64,000 bases of DNA from positions 1,912,538-1,976,537 of the forward strand of contig OZ244933.1 in assembly GCA_965222065.1 (NCBI GenBank). Direction: 5' to 3'. Position 1 is the stretch's first letter. Each line of letters starts with the position of its first letter. The notes below the pieces were generated by a model that did not search any database, was not told the DNA's origin, and saw only the letters and a list, made by a program, of their open reading frames with translations. The translations under genes were made by a program, and so were the position numbers. The DNA is from Pseudomonadales bacterium. GTDB lineage: Bacteria > Pseudomonadota > Gammaproteobacteria > Pseudomonadales > GM7GCV1. Shown here in pieces: positions 1 to 10,933 of the stretch.

Positions 1-25
1 GGCACTCTCAGTGCCGTTCGGGCGA

Positions 26-1390
26 CTATATCTTGCGGAATTGCAGCACAAAGCAGGTGCCGCCAGATTCATTGGATTCTGCTTTAACAGAGCCATTGTG
101 CAGCTTCATTATCTCTTGAACGATGGCCAGACCCAGGCCGGCACTGCCTGATGCACTTTCAGTGTTTTTGCCGCGCCAGAAGCGTTCGAACAGGTGCTCA
201 AGCTCTTCCTGTGGAATACCGGGGCCCTGATCACAAACGCTGATGCTGCCTTCCGATGAAACCCGGACATCAATCCGTTTACCGGGATCACTGTAGGCAA
301 TCGCGTTTTCAATCAGGTTGCGCAGTGCATCTTCCATTGCCGGCATGTTGCCCCGGACCAGGACGTTTTCTTCCGGCTCGGACAGCTCAATTTCCTTGCC
401 GGCCTTTATCGCCATTAACGCCATCATTTCCAGTACCTGGCGGGCTACCTGGCCCAGATCAACGGTGCTATCGATATCCAGATCCAGGTTATCCAGTCGG
501 GCGGTGTGTAAAAGCTGGGAGACCAGCCGATTCATGCGGGCCACATCCTGGCGCAGCTTTCTCACCTGATCGCTATCTTCCATGCTATCCAGTGCCCCGG
601 TCACAATGGTTAGCGGTGTGCGCAATTCGTGTGCCGCATTGGCAGTAAAGCGACGCTGGGTTTCAAAGCCTTCCTCAAGTCGATCGAGTGCGCTGTTCAC
701 GGCCTTGACCAGGGGAGATATTTCGCTGGGTAAATTCCTGGTTCCCAGTCGCACGGAAAGGGATTCAGGGTTGATGGCGGCCGCCTCTTTTGCCGTGATT
801 CGTAATGGCTTTAATCCGCTGCGAATAGCAAACACGCCAACCATCAGGGTCACCAGGATAAAGAGGGGTAAGATCCAGAGACCTTGCTCAATAACGTCTT
901 CCAGCAGGGCGTCCAGCAATTCCTGGTCTTGCCGTTCTGGCTCGGTAACAATCACTACGAGGCGGCCTATGTCCGTGCTTTCATGGGAGATCAGGCCGAA
1001 ATACTGCTGGCTCAATTCGCCGAATCCGTCGAGCTGAAAGGTCGTGTGCTCGTCATTTTTATGTATTTCCCGGGAAAGAATCTCCGACCGGAATAACGGG
1101 TCTGATTCGGCCAAAACCCTGTGTTCGGAATCCAGCACCAGATACTCGGTACCCACATTGAGCCAGCCTCTGTCGATGAGCTCATCAATATCATCCAGGT
1201 TGCCTTCGTCTTCCAGCTCTTCCGCCAGCTCCTCGGCGAGATCGTAGAAATCACGTCGATTGAGAGTGTCTACCAGGTTATAACTGAGATAGGCAAAAAA
1301 TCCCGACAGGATCATTGTGGCCAGAAGCAAGAGGGCACCAAGACGGGTTGCCAGGCGAACCTGGAGCGAGTTCAGGCGAAACCTGTTCAT
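26..1390 (-). CDS. Two-component sensor histidine kinase (TM-periplasmic-TM, HAMP, HisKA, HATPase_c)
   Basis: 454-aa ORF. H-box 'ANAAHELRTPLT', N-box 'NLIENAIAYS', G2 'GLGLAIVQEIM'. Hydrophobic N-terminal helix and a second helix before the HAMP region. Overlaps the upstream response-regulator gene by 4 nt. Confidence 0.9.
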   Translation of the reverse strand: MNRFRLNSLQVRLATRLGALLLLATMILSGFFAYLSYNLVDTLNRRDFYDLAEELAEELEDEGNLDDIDELIDRGWLNVGTEYLVLDSEHRVLAESDPLFRSEILSREIHKNDEHTTFQLDGFGELSQQYFGLISHESTDIGRLVVIVTEPERQDQELLDALLEDVIEQGLWILPLFILVTLMVGVFAIRSGLKPLRITAKEAAAINPESLSVRLGTRNLPSEISPLVKAVNSALDRLEEGFETQRRFTANAAHELRTPLTIVTGALDSMEDSDQVRKLRQDVARMNRLVSQLLHTARLDNLDLDIDSTVDLGQVARQVLEMMALMAIKAGKEIELSEPEENVLVRGNMPAMEDALRNLIENAIAYSDPGKRIDVRVSSEGSISVCDQGPGIPQEELEHLFERFWRGKNTESASGSAGLGLAIVQEIMKLHNGSVKAESNESGGTCFVLQFRKI

Positions 1391-2064
1391 GATTTTTCCT
1401 CGGCAAGGATATAGCCCACACCGCGGACTGTATGGATTTGTGTGGATGCGCCGGCTTTCTCCAGTTTGCGCCGCAGATGGTGAACATGCACTGCCACCGC
1501 ATTGGATTCCAGCTCTTCGCCCAATCCGTATAGTTTTTCTTCCAGCAATTCTTTTGATACCACCCGCCCAACTCGACGCATCAGGTTTTCCAGTAACGCG
1601 GTTTCCCGTCTAGACAGATCTACAGAACGGCTATCTACCTGGGTATCGCGTGCCAGGGTGTCCAGCGCTACATTGCCTGCCGTAAGGACGGAGCCCAGTG
1701 CGCCTCCGGGCCTGCGCAATAACGCCTTGATACGCGAAATAAGTTCAGAAGCGGCAAACGGCTTGACCAGATAGTCATCTGCGCCAAGATCCAGGCCCTT
1801 GACCCGATCTTCTATTGCATCGCGTGCTGTCAGTATCAGAACGGGGACCTGCATTCCCTGATTGCGTATCTGTTTGAGCAGTTCGATGCCATCAAAATCC
1901 GGCAAACCGAGATCTAGAATCACGGCGTCGTAGGGAATATTGCGCAGGGCATCCAGCCCATGGGAGCCTTTGGATACGGCATCCACAGTAAAACCGGCCT
2001 TGCGAAAATTATCGGTAAGAATTTCCACAATCCGGTTTTCATCTTCAACTATGAGTAATCGCAA
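1387..2064 (-). CDS. OmpR/PhoB-family response regulator (receiver + winged helix)
   Basis: 225-aa ORF 'MRLLIVEDE...DAVILDLGLPDFDG...LTARD...KPF'. C-terminal winged-helix motif 'VHVHHLRRKL...IHTVRGVGY'. Overlaps the kinase gene. Confidence 0.92.
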   Translation of the reverse strand: MRLLIVEDENRIVEILTDNFRKAGFTVDAVSKGSHGLDALRNIPYDAVILDLGLPDFDGIELLKQIRNQGMQVPVLILTARDAIEDRVKGLDLGADDYLVKPFAASELISRIKALLRRPGGALGSVLTAGNVALDTLARDTQVDSRSVDLSRRETALLENLMRRVGRVVSKELLEEKLYGLGEELESNAVAVHVHHLRRKLEKAGASTQIHTVRGVGYILAEEKS

Positions 2065-2223
2065 GTGCGGCTCCCTGGATCAGTTCGCTAAAAAATCTGG
2101 TCGCAGATTAAGTGGCAATCATTATGGTTGTTTTAACAGTCCGCGTTTTTAGCGAAATTGTTTTCATAATACTGTCTTAAAGAACCGCAGCAATACTCCG
2201 CCGAAATCTTCAGGGAGTATGAC

Positions 2224-4368
2224 ATGGCGCGTTTAACAATTTTTAATGCTGCCTTGCTGGCAGTATCACTACTTTGTCCGCTTGTTGCCCTGGCCCAGGG
2301 CCAGACCAGCAGCGCACCCGGCGTATTGGTCACTGACGGTGGCAACCGCGTGATATATACCGCTGAATATTTCAGTCAATACAGCGTGGTTACAGCCGAA
2401 GACCAGATTTACCGCATACCCGGTGTCCAGGATCTACTTGATGGGGGTAGCGATGATGAAGACCGCGGGTTTGGCAGTGGCGGAGCCCAGATTTTGATTA
2501 ATGGCAGCCGCATTTCCGGCAAATCCAATGATGTTGGCTCGGTGCTGGAGCGAATCCAGGCAAGACAGGTGTTGCAGATTGAGGTTATCCGCGGTTCGGT
2601 CCCCGGACTGGATGTCCGAAGCCAGGGACGAGTGTTAAACGTGGTTCTTGAGGAAAGAATTGATACGGGTTACGGATCATTCACAGCAGGACTGGAGCAC
2701 TATAGAGGAGGAGAGCTGGGTGGTGGCAGCAAGCTAAGCTATAGCAGCAACATTGGGGCAATGAGCTATCTATTGTCTCTTGAGGGCCAGTTGAGCCAGG
2801 ATCCGGAAACCGCCGATGATCTTTTTTTTACGGAAGCCGGGAGCCTCATTGAGCGGGAAACCGAGATCGCTGATGAAGAAACCAGGTCATATGTCCTGTC
2901 TGCCAATACCAGCTATGAATTCATTAATGGCAGCTCGCTAAATCTCAATGCCCAGTTTACCCACGAGGATGAGTCGGGTAGTGAACTGACCCGGGGGTAT
3001 CTGGTAACAGGGAATACTGAGACAGATGATGGCGGCCGACTGAGTGAAGAAAACAATCCCGAAGATAGCTGGGAAATAGGAGGTGACTATCGTTATAACC
3101 TGGCGAATGGTCATACCTGGACTACATTATTTATTTATTCCCATTCCTCCAGCAGTGAAGATGGTTCTTTCTATCGTATTCCTGTCGGTAGTCATGCCGA
3201 ACTGGATGAATTGCAGGTTGAAGAAGGCCAGAGTACTGAAAAAATAGTGCGTAGCGCATACGAGTGGAATATAGGCGAGAACCACTTGCTGGAATCCGGC
3301 ATGGAAATGGCCATCAATACTTCTGAGGAAGATGCCAGGTTGTTTGAGAGAGAGAATGGCAACCTGGTTGAAGTAACCCTGTTTAACCAGGCATCGGATA
3401 TCAGGGAAACCCGTTACGAAGCCTTTACCAGCTATTCCTGGCAAGCCACGGAACAATTTCTTATGGAAAGCTCTGTGGATCTGGAGTATTCAGAAATTGA
3501 ACAACAGGGAGGTGACGTTAACCGTGTTCGCGACTTTATTTATCCCAAGCCCCGACTGGTGTTGAGCTACGACCTGAATGATCAGGTACAGGTTCGTAGT
3601 CGTGTGGAGCGCACGGTGAGCCAGCTGGATTTTGGTGATTTTGTCGCCAGTTTTGTCAACGATGACAATCGTTCCGATGTCATTACTGCCGGCAACCCCG
3701 AGCTTGAGCCTGAAAAAGCCTGGGAATACGAACTGACCTATGAGCGTCAGTTGCCTGATGACCTGGGGATCTTTTCAATTACGGCGCTCTATGCCGATAT
3801 CTCTGATCATCTGGCGACGGTTCCCTTTCTTGTCGAAACCGACGAAGGGAGCGAAGTCCGCACCGCTCCTGGCAATCTCGGAGATGCCTATGATGCCGAA
3901 ATAGAATTCAATGGCAGCGTGCGACTGGATTGGCTCAATATCCCCGGGGGTGTGCTTGACCTGGGTCTGGAAATTGAGCGCAACCGGGTGACCGATCCCT
4001 TTACTGGAGAACGACGCCCGCTGGATGAAAGTGAAAAATACAACTGGACACTGGCCTATCGACAGGATCTGGACTGGAAAGGTTTGTCTTATGGCGTTGA
4101 GGCCAGCAACCAGGCAGCAATGCCCAAGTATGACCTGGACTATTGGCAGGAAGAAGACGAGGGCCTGGCACTGGATTTCTTCGCGGAATTACAACCGATG
4201 CCTAACCTGACCCTGCGATTTGAGGCAGAAAATCTTCTGGACGCGAGGGAACAGCGGATTCGTTATCAATATGTCGATAGCCGTGCTGACAGCCCACTGG
4301 AAAGACTCGAACAACGCAGTAGTTACACAGGGCGGGAATTTGAGCTGAGTGTCCAGTGGGCTTTTTAG
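2224..4368 (+). CDS. TonB-dependent outer-membrane receptor
   Basis: 714-aa ORF with a signal peptide ending 'ALAQG'. Plug-like N-terminus ('ILINGSRISGKSN', 'IEVIRGSVPGLDV'). Long beta-rich body and a terminal aromatic residue ('SVQWAF'). Divergent from the two-component pair. Confidence 0.85.
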   Translation: MARLTIFNAALLAVSLLCPLVALAQGQTSSAPGVLVTDGGNRVIYTAEYFSQYSVVTAEDQIYRIPGVQDLLDGGSDDEDRGFGSGGAQILINGSRISGKSNDVGSVLERIQARQVLQIEVIRGSVPGLDVRSQGRVLNVVLEERIDTGYGSFTAGLEHYRGGELGGGSKLSYSSNIGAMSYLLSLEGQLSQDPETADDLFFTEAGSLIERETEIADEETRSYVLSANTSYEFINGSSLNLNAQFTHEDESGSELTRGYLVTGNTETDDGGRLSEENNPEDSWEIGGDYRYNLANGHTWTTLFIYSHSSSSEDGSFYRIPVGSHAELDELQVEEGQSTEKIVRSAYEWNIGENHLLESGMEMAINTSEEDARLFERENGNLVEVTLFNQASDIRETRYEAFTSYSWQATEQFLMESSVDLEYSEIEQQGGDVNRVRDFIYPKPRLVLSYDLNDQVQVRSRVERTVSQLDFGDFVASFVNDDNRSDVITAGNPELEPEKAWEYELTYERQLPDDLGIFSITALYADISDHLATVPFLVETDEGSEVRTAPGNLGDAYDAEIEFNGSVRLDWLNIPGGVLDLGLEIERNRVTDPFTGERRPLDESEKYNWTLAYRQDLDWKGLSYGVEASNQAAMPKYDLDYWQEEDEGLALDFFAELQPMPNLTLRFEAENLLDAREQRIRYQYVDSRADSPLERLEQRSSYTGREFELSVQWAF

Positions 4369-4482
4369 GTTTATTGCTCAAACGGTTCCAATCCCAACAC
4401 TGGATGATATAAGTACGCTTGCAGCCCGGGTTATGGTAGAAAACCGGATACCGGATAAAGCTAGAAAAAAGGGTGGTAGTGA

Positions 4483-5979
4483 ATGGACAGCAGCGAGTGT
4501 GTACTGGTTATTGATCAGGGAACAACAAGTAGCCGCGCGATTGTCTTCGATCAAGGCCCTGCCATTGTTGCAATAGCCCAGGAAGAATTCCCCCAGATTT
4601 ATCCAGCGGATGGCCAGGTTGAGCACGACCCCGAAGATATCTGGAGCACAGTCCTTTCTGTGTCGCGGCAGGCCTTCAAAGAGGCTGAGCAGCAAGGGTT
4701 TCGGGTTGTTGCCATAGGTATTTCCAACCAGCGTGAGACCACGGTTGTCTGGGATAGGGCCACAGGTGAGGTCATCTATAACGCGATAGTCTGGCAGGAT
4801 CGCCGCACATCCCGCGTATGTAGTGAACTTAAAGCGCAAAACCTGGAGCCGGTTATACAGGCCAAAACCGGTTTACTGCTTGATCCCTATTTTTCTGCCA
4901 CCAAGGTGTCCTGGATACTGGATCATGTGGAAGGTGCCCGGCAAAAAGCAGAAAAACGGGAACTGGCATTCGGTACGATCGACAGTTTTTTGCTCTGGAG
5001 ACTGACCGGCGGGCAATATCACCGCACCGATGCGACCAATGCGTCGCGCACCAGCCTGTACAACATTCATTCGGGCACCTGGGATAAGGAGTTGCTGGAT
5101 ATTTTCCGCGTTCCGCAAACCCTGTTGCCAGAGGTGCTGGATTGCGATGCGCAATTTGGTGAGACAAGCCAGGAGTTATTTGGGCGCTGCATTCCCATTA
5201 CCGGTATTGCCGGAGATCAACAGGCTGCCGGTATTGGTCAGTGCTGTTTTGACAAAGGCGATATCAAAAGCACTTACGGGACAGGCTGTTTTGTCCTGAT
5301 GAACTCTGGCGATGCCGCGCTGCAATCGCAAAACCGAATGCTGACCACCGTCGCCTATCAGCTTGATGGGAAACCCACTTATGCGATGGAGGGCTCCATC
5401 TTCATGGCCGGGGCGGCGCTTCAGTGGTTGCGTGACGGGTTGGGCATTATTGAGCACGCTGCCGATACCGAGCGTATGTCGGCCAGCCTGGCTGGTAACG
5501 CCGGGGTTTACCTGGTTCCTGCATTTACCGGACTTGGGGTGCCTTATTGGGAGCCCGATGCCAGGGGAGCCATTTTTGGATTGACCAGGGCGACGGGTCC
5601 GGAAGAAATTGTTCGGGCAACACTGGAGTCTATTGGCTATCAAACGGCTGATTTGTTTGCTGCCTTGGCAAGGGACGGGATCTCACCAAAAACCTTGCGA
5701 GTTGATGGAGGCATGGTGGCCAACAACTGGTTTCTGCAATTTTTGGCCGATATTTTGGATACAAAAGTCTGTCGCCCGGCGATTCTGGAAACGACGGCGT
5801 TGGGGGCGGCTTATCTCGCTGGCCACCAAAACGGGTTGTATGGAAGTTTTGAAACGATCAAAAAACGCTGGTGTGCTGAAGCTGAATTCAATCCGGCGTT
5901 AAGTGAGCATGAACGAAAGAGGTTGCTATCCGGCTGGCATGATGCAGTACAGCGGGTTCTTGCTCCACGGGCCGGCTAG
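4483..5979 (+). CDS. glpK: Glycerol kinase
   Basis: 498 aa. N-terminus '[17 protein letters not shown]', '[13 protein letters not shown]', 'WQDRRT' and 'GDQQAA' are all typical FGGY/GlpK motifs. Followed by glpD. Confidence 0.95.
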   Translation: MDSSECVLVIDQGTTSSRAIVFDQGPAIVAIAQEEFPQIYPADGQVEHDPEDIWSTVLSVSRQAFKEAEQQGFRVVAIGISNQRETTVVWDRATGEVIYNAIVWQDRRTSRVCSELKAQNLEPVIQAKTGLLLDPYFSATKVSWILDHVEGARQKAEKRELAFGTIDSFLLWRLTGGQYHRTDATNASRTSLYNIHSGTWDKELLDIFRVPQTLLPEVLDCDAQFGETSQELFGRCIPITGIAGDQQAAGIGQCCFDKGDIKSTYGTGCFVLMNSGDAALQSQNRMLTTVAYQLDGKPTYAMEGSIFMAGAALQWLRDGLGIIEHAADTERMSASLAGNAGVYLVPAFTGLGVPYWEPDARGAIFGLTRATGPEEIVRATLESIGYQTADLFAALARDGISPKTLRVDGGMVANNWFLQFLADILDTKVCRPAILETTALGAAYLAGHQNGLYGSFETIKKRWCAEAEFNPALSEHERKRLLSGWHDAVQRVLAPRAG

Positions 5980-6000
5980 ACTCCCGTTCAAGGTCCTGCC

Positions 6001-7608
6001 ATGAATCTGCGACAAACCAACATTGAAAAACTTAAGCAGGACACGTTTGATGTCCTGGTTTTGGGCGGCGGAATAAATGGTGCCGTGTCGGCTGCCGCGC
6101 TATCGGCAAAGGGTGCCAGGGTGGCCTTGATTGATCGGGGCGACTTTGCCGGAGACACCAGCTCCAACTCGTCAAACCTTGCCTGGGGCGGTATAAAGTA
6201 TCTAGAAAGGCATGAATATTTGCTGGTAAACCGGCTCTGCAAGAGTCGTAACCTTTTGATGCGCAGCTATCCCTCGTCGGTCAGGGAAATCCGCTTTTTG
6301 ACCAGTATTCAAAAAGAATTTCGGTTGTCGCCCTGGTTTGTCTATTTGGGCTGTTTGGCCTACTGGCTGTTGGGCTATCTGCATACAAGAGCACCGAAAT
6401 ACCTGTCGGCCAAAGATTTAAAAAACCGCGAACCCCTTATTGATGCAAGCAATGCAGCGGGTGGGGTCGAGTACTCCGATGCCTATTTCTACGACAATGA
6501 CGCCCGTTTCGTTTTTAATTTTATCCGGACCAGTCTGGACCTCGGCTGTGCGGCGGCCAACTATGTCGAGTCTGTTGAGACGGTCAGGGAAGATGGGCTC
6601 TGGAAGGCGTCGGTCAAAGACCATATTGGCCAGTCGACGTTCAACATAAGTGCCAAGGTGTTGATCAATGCCTGCGGCCCTCATGTAGACCGACAGAACC
6701 AGATGTCTGGTGAGAAAACCAGCCACCGTCACCTGTTTTCCAAAGGGGTGCACCTGATAGTCGATCGCCTTGTGGATCAGCAACGCGTCCTGGCGTTTTT
6801 TGCCAGTGATGGCCGGCTGTTCTTTGTTATACCCATGGGGCCAAAAACCTGTATTGGCACCACAGATAACCAGGTAAAAACACCCTCGGCCGAGGTCACT
6901 GATGAAGACCGCCAATTCATTCTGGACAATGTGAATCACTTTTTGGCCCTGGACGATCCCCTGACCAGGAAAGACATTATCTCTGAGCGTTGTGGGGTCC
7001 GGCCGCTGGCCACCCAGGGTGACAGGGACGTCGCGGACTGGGTCAAATTATCACGAAAGCATGTGATAGAAGTGAATAAGAAGCATCACCACCTGAGCAT
7101 CTTCGGGGGAAAGCTGACGGACTGTATTAATGTCGGCAATGAAATTGCCGAGCATGTCAGTTCACTGGGCCTGGAGCTCTCTCCCAAACGCAATCGCTGG
7201 TATGGCGAGCCGGATAAAAAAATAAAACAGGCATTTTTTCACAGGGCCAGATTGACGGGGCTGGATACCCGGGTGTTGCCCAACACCTCCGAGACCATTG
7301 CCGATCGACTGTGGCGTCGTTATGGGGACAGGGCGATAGACCTGCTTGAGGCGATAGACCGTGACCCGGAACAGGCTGAGCGACTGATTGAGCGCTCCGA
7401 TTTTCTGCGTTGCGAAATTGAGCATGTCGCCAGGCATGAAATGGTGACCAGACTCAATGATTTTTTAAGGCGCCGCTCAAGGATATCCCAGGTGGTGCGA
7501 CATCAGGAGTTGGTTAACTCGCCCGGGCTGCAGAAGGTATGTGAAATTTTGTTCGGGGACCAGGCTGAAGAAAAATTACAGGAATACCTGCATTCCAAGA
7601 ATAGCTAA
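6001..7608 (+). CDS. glpD: FAD-dependent glycerol-3-phosphate dehydrogenase
   Basis: 535 aa. FAD fold 'FDVLVLGGGINGAVSAAALSAKG' and 'GDTSSNSSNLAWGGIKYLE'. Adjacent to glpK. Confidence 0.9.
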   Translation: MNLRQTNIEKLKQDTFDVLVLGGGINGAVSAAALSAKGARVALIDRGDFAGDTSSNSSNLAWGGIKYLERHEYLLVNRLCKSRNLLMRSYPSSVREIRFLTSIQKEFRLSPWFVYLGCLAYWLLGYLHTRAPKYLSAKDLKNREPLIDASNAAGGVEYSDAYFYDNDARFVFNFIRTSLDLGCAAANYVESVETVREDGLWKASVKDHIGQSTFNISAKVLINACGPHVDRQNQMSGEKTSHRHLFSKGVHLIVDRLVDQQRVLAFFASDGRLFFVIPMGPKTCIGTTDNQVKTPSAEVTDEDRQFILDNVNHFLALDDPLTRKDIISERCGVRPLATQGDRDVADWVKLSRKHVIEVNKKHHHLSIFGGKLTDCINVGNEIAEHVSSLGLELSPKRNRWYGEPDKKIKQAFFHRARLTGLDTRVLPNTSETIADRLWRRYGDRAIDLLEAIDRDPEQAERLIERSDFLRCEIEHVARHEMVTRLNDFLRRRSRISQVVRHQELVNSPGLQKVCEILFGDQAEEKLQEYLHSKNS

Positions 7609-7805
7609 TTTTCAGGCCTGAAACTTGGTTTCCAATAGAGAGCCATAGCTACCCTAATATGTTGTGGTTTAGTCTGTTTTACGACCTGTACGCAAGAATA
7701 CTTATCATCGAAAAAAACGAATTTAATGAACGGAATATTCGAATTGATCGATGATTTTTATTGCGTAAAAATCCCGGTAAATGACTAACTAATGATGAGA
7801 GACGC

Positions 7806-8129
7806 ATGAACGCACCTTTATACTGTAAGAGTTCTGCTAAAGAGGATAGCTTTGTAAACGCATTGGATGTTCCCATAATGGATGGGCTATACAGCGCTGA
7901 TGATTCTCGTGAGCCGGTATTAAAGTTGTTAATTGATCTACAGAATTACCATCAGGTGCGCAACTTTAGCCACAGGGAACGGTTTGGTAAGCCAGATCCC
8001 TGGTCGGAAAAAATGCTGGCTAATCTAGCGGAGGCAATTACCAACGCCAAGCAAATTATTGAGGACGCACGCTATAGCGACAGGCCTATTTCAGTAGAGT
8101 CTTCAATCAGGATAAAAATGCCGCAGTGA
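7806..8129 (+). CDS. Hypothetical protein (no recognisable motif)
   Basis: 107-aa ORF in a lower-GC spacer between glpD and the mrp cluster. Supported only by ORF length. Confidence 0.3.
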   Translation: MNAPLYCKSSAKEDSFVNALDVPIMDGLYSADDSREPVLKLLIDLQNYHQVRNFSHRERFGKPDPWSEKMLANLAEAITNAKQIIEDARYSDRPISVESSIRIKMPQ

Positions 8130-8843
8130 TTGTTTTGGTGCAATAGAAATCAGCCAGGAAAAAGGAATCAGAAATTGTATTGCTGTTAAAGATATTCTAA
8201 CCCTGTCATAGGGCAACCAAAAAATAGCGTGAATATACTTCCGCTGAGCGTGCAATACGAACCCTTATGCCCATGATTGTATGCGGCCTACTCGCTATAC
8301 AGAACTTTACTTTGGCGATCCTGTGCTGCTCAAAGAATTAACTATTAATTTCGTCAACGGTCATGGTCAAAGCAGCGATCTAACATAAACATGTTGGCGC
8401 GACATGCTTTGTATGCGTTACCGAAGAAGCACTATCCTTGCGAACCTGAATCAATAACCTTGTTTTTTGACGCGGCACTTACAGCATGCTTTATAAGCGT
8501 GGTTGACCTGCTTGCACTCCCCAGGTTACTTGCTTGATATTGTCTCATCGTTAATAGAATCTAGTGAGATGATCAGTCCAAACGAAAAAATGACGTCTTG
8601 GCTTGAAAGTTTGGTTTTAAAAATCTACGCTCTGTTCGTTCCATCAAGGCTGGCCTATGCGTCGGAAAAAATAATGAATTATTTTCTTTGGTTCCGGAAT
8701 ACTGCCATTATCCATATCGGTGGTGCGCAGGTCTTCATTCTGCGGGTGGTCATATTTACAGTGGTCAATAGTGTCGAAAAATATAATTGGAATGCAGTTG
8801 ATAGCTTGCTTCGCTGCGACTCTTCTCGTGGAAAACTAAAGCA

Positions 8844-9338
8844 ATGGTAACCAAATACACTTCGACGCCAAGACAGTTATTCGGCGCTTTTATCGTTTTG
8901 ATGGTTAGCTGGCTCCTGTGGTCTGGGCTTTACAAGCCGTTGTTGATAGGTTTGGGTTTTTTCTCTTGTCTTTTGAGTCTCTGGTTAGCGAGGAGAACCG
9001 GCTTTTTCCGTCACGCCATGAAACTTTCTGCGCTGTTACGACTACCTGCTCTGTGGTGTTGGATACTGAAAGAGGTGGTAGCGTCCAGTATTGAGGTAGC
9101 ACGAATTGTGCTGTCACCATCGCTGCCAATCCAGCCCGAATTAGTTGAGCTCCCCAGCGCTGAAAAAGCTGATTCTGCCAAGGTGATTCTCGGTAATTCC
9201 ATCACGCTATCGCCAGGCACAGTCACTATTGATATTAATGAAGATCGTTTGCTGGTGCATTGTTTGTCCGCCAGCAGCGCTGCTTCACTTCGCAGTGGCG
9301 AAGTTGAGCGCCGTGTTGCCCGCCTGAAGATCAACTAA
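8844..9338 (+). CDS. mrpE: Mrp/Mnh-type cation:proton antiporter subunit E
   Basis: 164 aa with two N-terminal TM helices. 'LGNSITLSPGTVTIDINEDRLLVHCL' matches the MnhE signature. First gene of a tightly packed or overlapping cluster. Confidence 0.8.
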   Translation: MVTKYTSTPRQLFGAFIVLMVSWLLWSGLYKPLLIGLGFFSCLLSLWLARRTGFFRHAMKLSALLRLPALWCWILKEVVASSIEVARIVLSPSLPIQPELVELPSAEKADSAKVILGNSITLSPGTVTIDINEDRLLVHCLSASSAASLRSGEVERRVARLKIN

Positions 9339-9340
9339 TT

Positions 9341-9601
9341 ATGTATCTTGTAGTCTCCCTGGCAATCCTGATGACTATGGTGCTGGCATTGGCCCGTGCG
9401 CTGAGAGGTCCCACCATTTATGATAGGGTTTTGGCGGTCAATCTCTTTGGCACCAAAACCGCGTTACTGCTTTCAGTGCTTGCTTTCCTTAATAATCGCC
9501 CCGATTTTCTTGACCTGGCTTTGGCCTATGCCCTGATTAATCTGGTGGGTATTTTTGCAGTGCTGCAATTCATTCAGATGAAATTTCGAAAGCCTGACTA
9601 G
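9341..9601 (+). CDS. mrpF: Mrp/Mnh antiporter subunit F
   Basis: 86 aa, three hydrophobic helices. 'LRGPTIYDRVLAVNLFGTK' matches the MnhF motif. Confidence 0.8.
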   Translation: MYLVVSLAILMTMVLALARALRGPTIYDRVLAVNLFGTKTALLLSVLAFLNNRPDFLDLALAYALINLVGIFAVLQFIQMKFRKPD

Positions 9602-9611
9602 GCGTAGGTAT

Positions 9612-9962
9612 ATGGTTGATACGGTACTGGATATTCTCAGCTGGATTCTGCTTTGTACGGGCGGTGCTTTTGTGTTGATTGGTGGAATCGGCGCGTTACG
9701 CCTCCCTAATTTTTACACTCGCCTGCATGCCGCCAGCCTGACTGAGACCATGGCGAGCATCCTGATTTTTACCGGCATAGTCTTGCAGGCGGGCTTTACA
9801 CTTGCGGCTTTAAAACTGGGCGCTATCATGGTCTTCCTTCTCCTTACTGCGCCCACAGCCAGCTACGCGCTGGGTAATGCAGCGTTGCTGTCGGGCATGC
9901 GGCCCGATGCTCAGCTAAACGTGCAGCAAGGCTTGCAAAGACGGGAGGAAAGCGACTCATGA
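9612..9962 (+). CDS. mrpG: Mrp/Mnh antiporter subunit G
   Basis: 116 aa. 'GGIGALRLPNFYTRLHAASLTET' is the MnhG/PhaG signature. Confidence 0.85.
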   Translation: MVDTVLDILSWILLCTGGAFVLIGGIGALRLPNFYTRLHAASLTETMASILIFTGIVLQAGFTLAALKLGAIMVFLLLTAPTASYALGNAALLSGMRPDAQLNVQQGLQRREESDS

Positions 9963-10933
9963 TTATTGTTTTCGCTTTGTTCCTGCTGTCATTGCTGGTG
10001 GTTTCGGCACTGGCGATCGTACATACGGAGAACCTTTTTGTTGCAGTGATGCTAACCTCTATTTTTAGTCTGCTGATGGCCGCTAATTTTTTTATCCTCG
10101 ACGCAGCGGACGTTGCACTGACCGAGGCAGCTGTAGGGGCGGGTATAACGACAGTTATCTTCCTCTCAGCCCTGGCGCTGACCACTGAACGCGAGAAGGC
10201 GTATAAATCCAGTCAACGCTTGGCTATGGTTGTCGTAGCGGTACTAGGTAGTTTGATTATCTACGCTACCTTCGACAAACCTCGTTTGGGCGATCCTGAT
10301 GCGCCCGTTCATCAACATGTGGCGCCATGGTATCTGGAAAACACCCCAGTCTATATGGATTTCCCTAATGTGGTGACGGCCATACTAGGCAGTTTTCGAG
10401 GCTACGATACGTTGGGTGAAGTGTTCGTGGTGTTCGCCGCCTGTATTGGCGTGCTATTTATTCTCGGCGTCAAGCCGCCGCAAGGCAGTATGTATGATCC
10501 GGAGGCTTCGGGTTTACGGCATCACCTTATCCCGCAAATGGTGGGACGTCTTTTAATACCCTTTATCGTATTGTTTGGCCTGTACGTGCAGTTTCATGGT
10601 GAATATGGTCCGGGCGGCGGGTTTCAGGCAGGAGCGCTGATTGCCTCTGGAGTTATCCTCTATGCCTTACTGGAGGGCGAGGCCGCTGCACTTCGAGTAT
10701 TGCCCCAGCATGTACTCATGGGCCTGACGATAGGCGGTGCCACCTTGTACGGTGGGGTAGGCGTCGTATCTATGCTGCTAGGTGGAAATTTCCTCGAGTA
10801 TTCCGTGCTTCTTGCTGACCCGGTTAGTGGGCAGCAAATCGGTATCCTGTTGATAGAAGCTGGTGTTGGCATGGCCGTTTGCGGCGCCTTGCTTAGTATC
10901 TTTCATGCGTTTGCATCAAGGCCAGTGAAATAA
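9959..10933 (+). CDS. mrpB: Fused MrpA-C-terminal (DUF4040/MbhD-like) + MrpB (MnhB) membrane subunit
   Basis: 324 aa. N-terminal part 'FILDAADVALTEAAVGAGITTVIFL' is DUF4040-like. C-terminal part 'YVQFHGEYGPGGGFQAGALIASG' is MnhB-like. Start overlaps the mrpG stop. Confidence 0.75.
   Translation: MIIVFALFLLSLLVVSALAIVHTENLFVAVMLTSIFSLLMAANFFILDAADVALTEAAVGAGITTVIFLSALALTTEREKAYKSSQRLAMVVVAVLGSLIIYATFDKPRLGDPDAPVHQHVAPWYLENTPVYMDFPNVVTAILGSFRGYDTLGEVFVVFAACIGVLFILGVKPPQGSMYDPEASGLRHHLIPQMVGRLLIPFIVLFGLYVQFHGEYGPGGGFQAGALIASGVILYALLEGEAAALRVLPQHVLMGLTIGGATLYGGVGVVSMLLGGNFLEYSVLLADPVSGQQIGILLIEAGVGMAVCGALLSIFHAFASRPVK

Noticed and set aside
7609-8843. Lower-GC spacer between glpD and mrpE as a second island or remnant
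   Set aside because: I could find no flanking repeats, integrase, tRNA or mobile-element gene. It contains only one weak 107-aa ORF. Evidence is insufficient to call it a mobile element.
8503-8850. 115-aa ORF just upstream of mrpE
   Set aside because: It has a TTG start and no RBS. It has no recognisable motif and a composition unlike the neighbouring genes. It may simply be the untranslated leader of the mrp operon.
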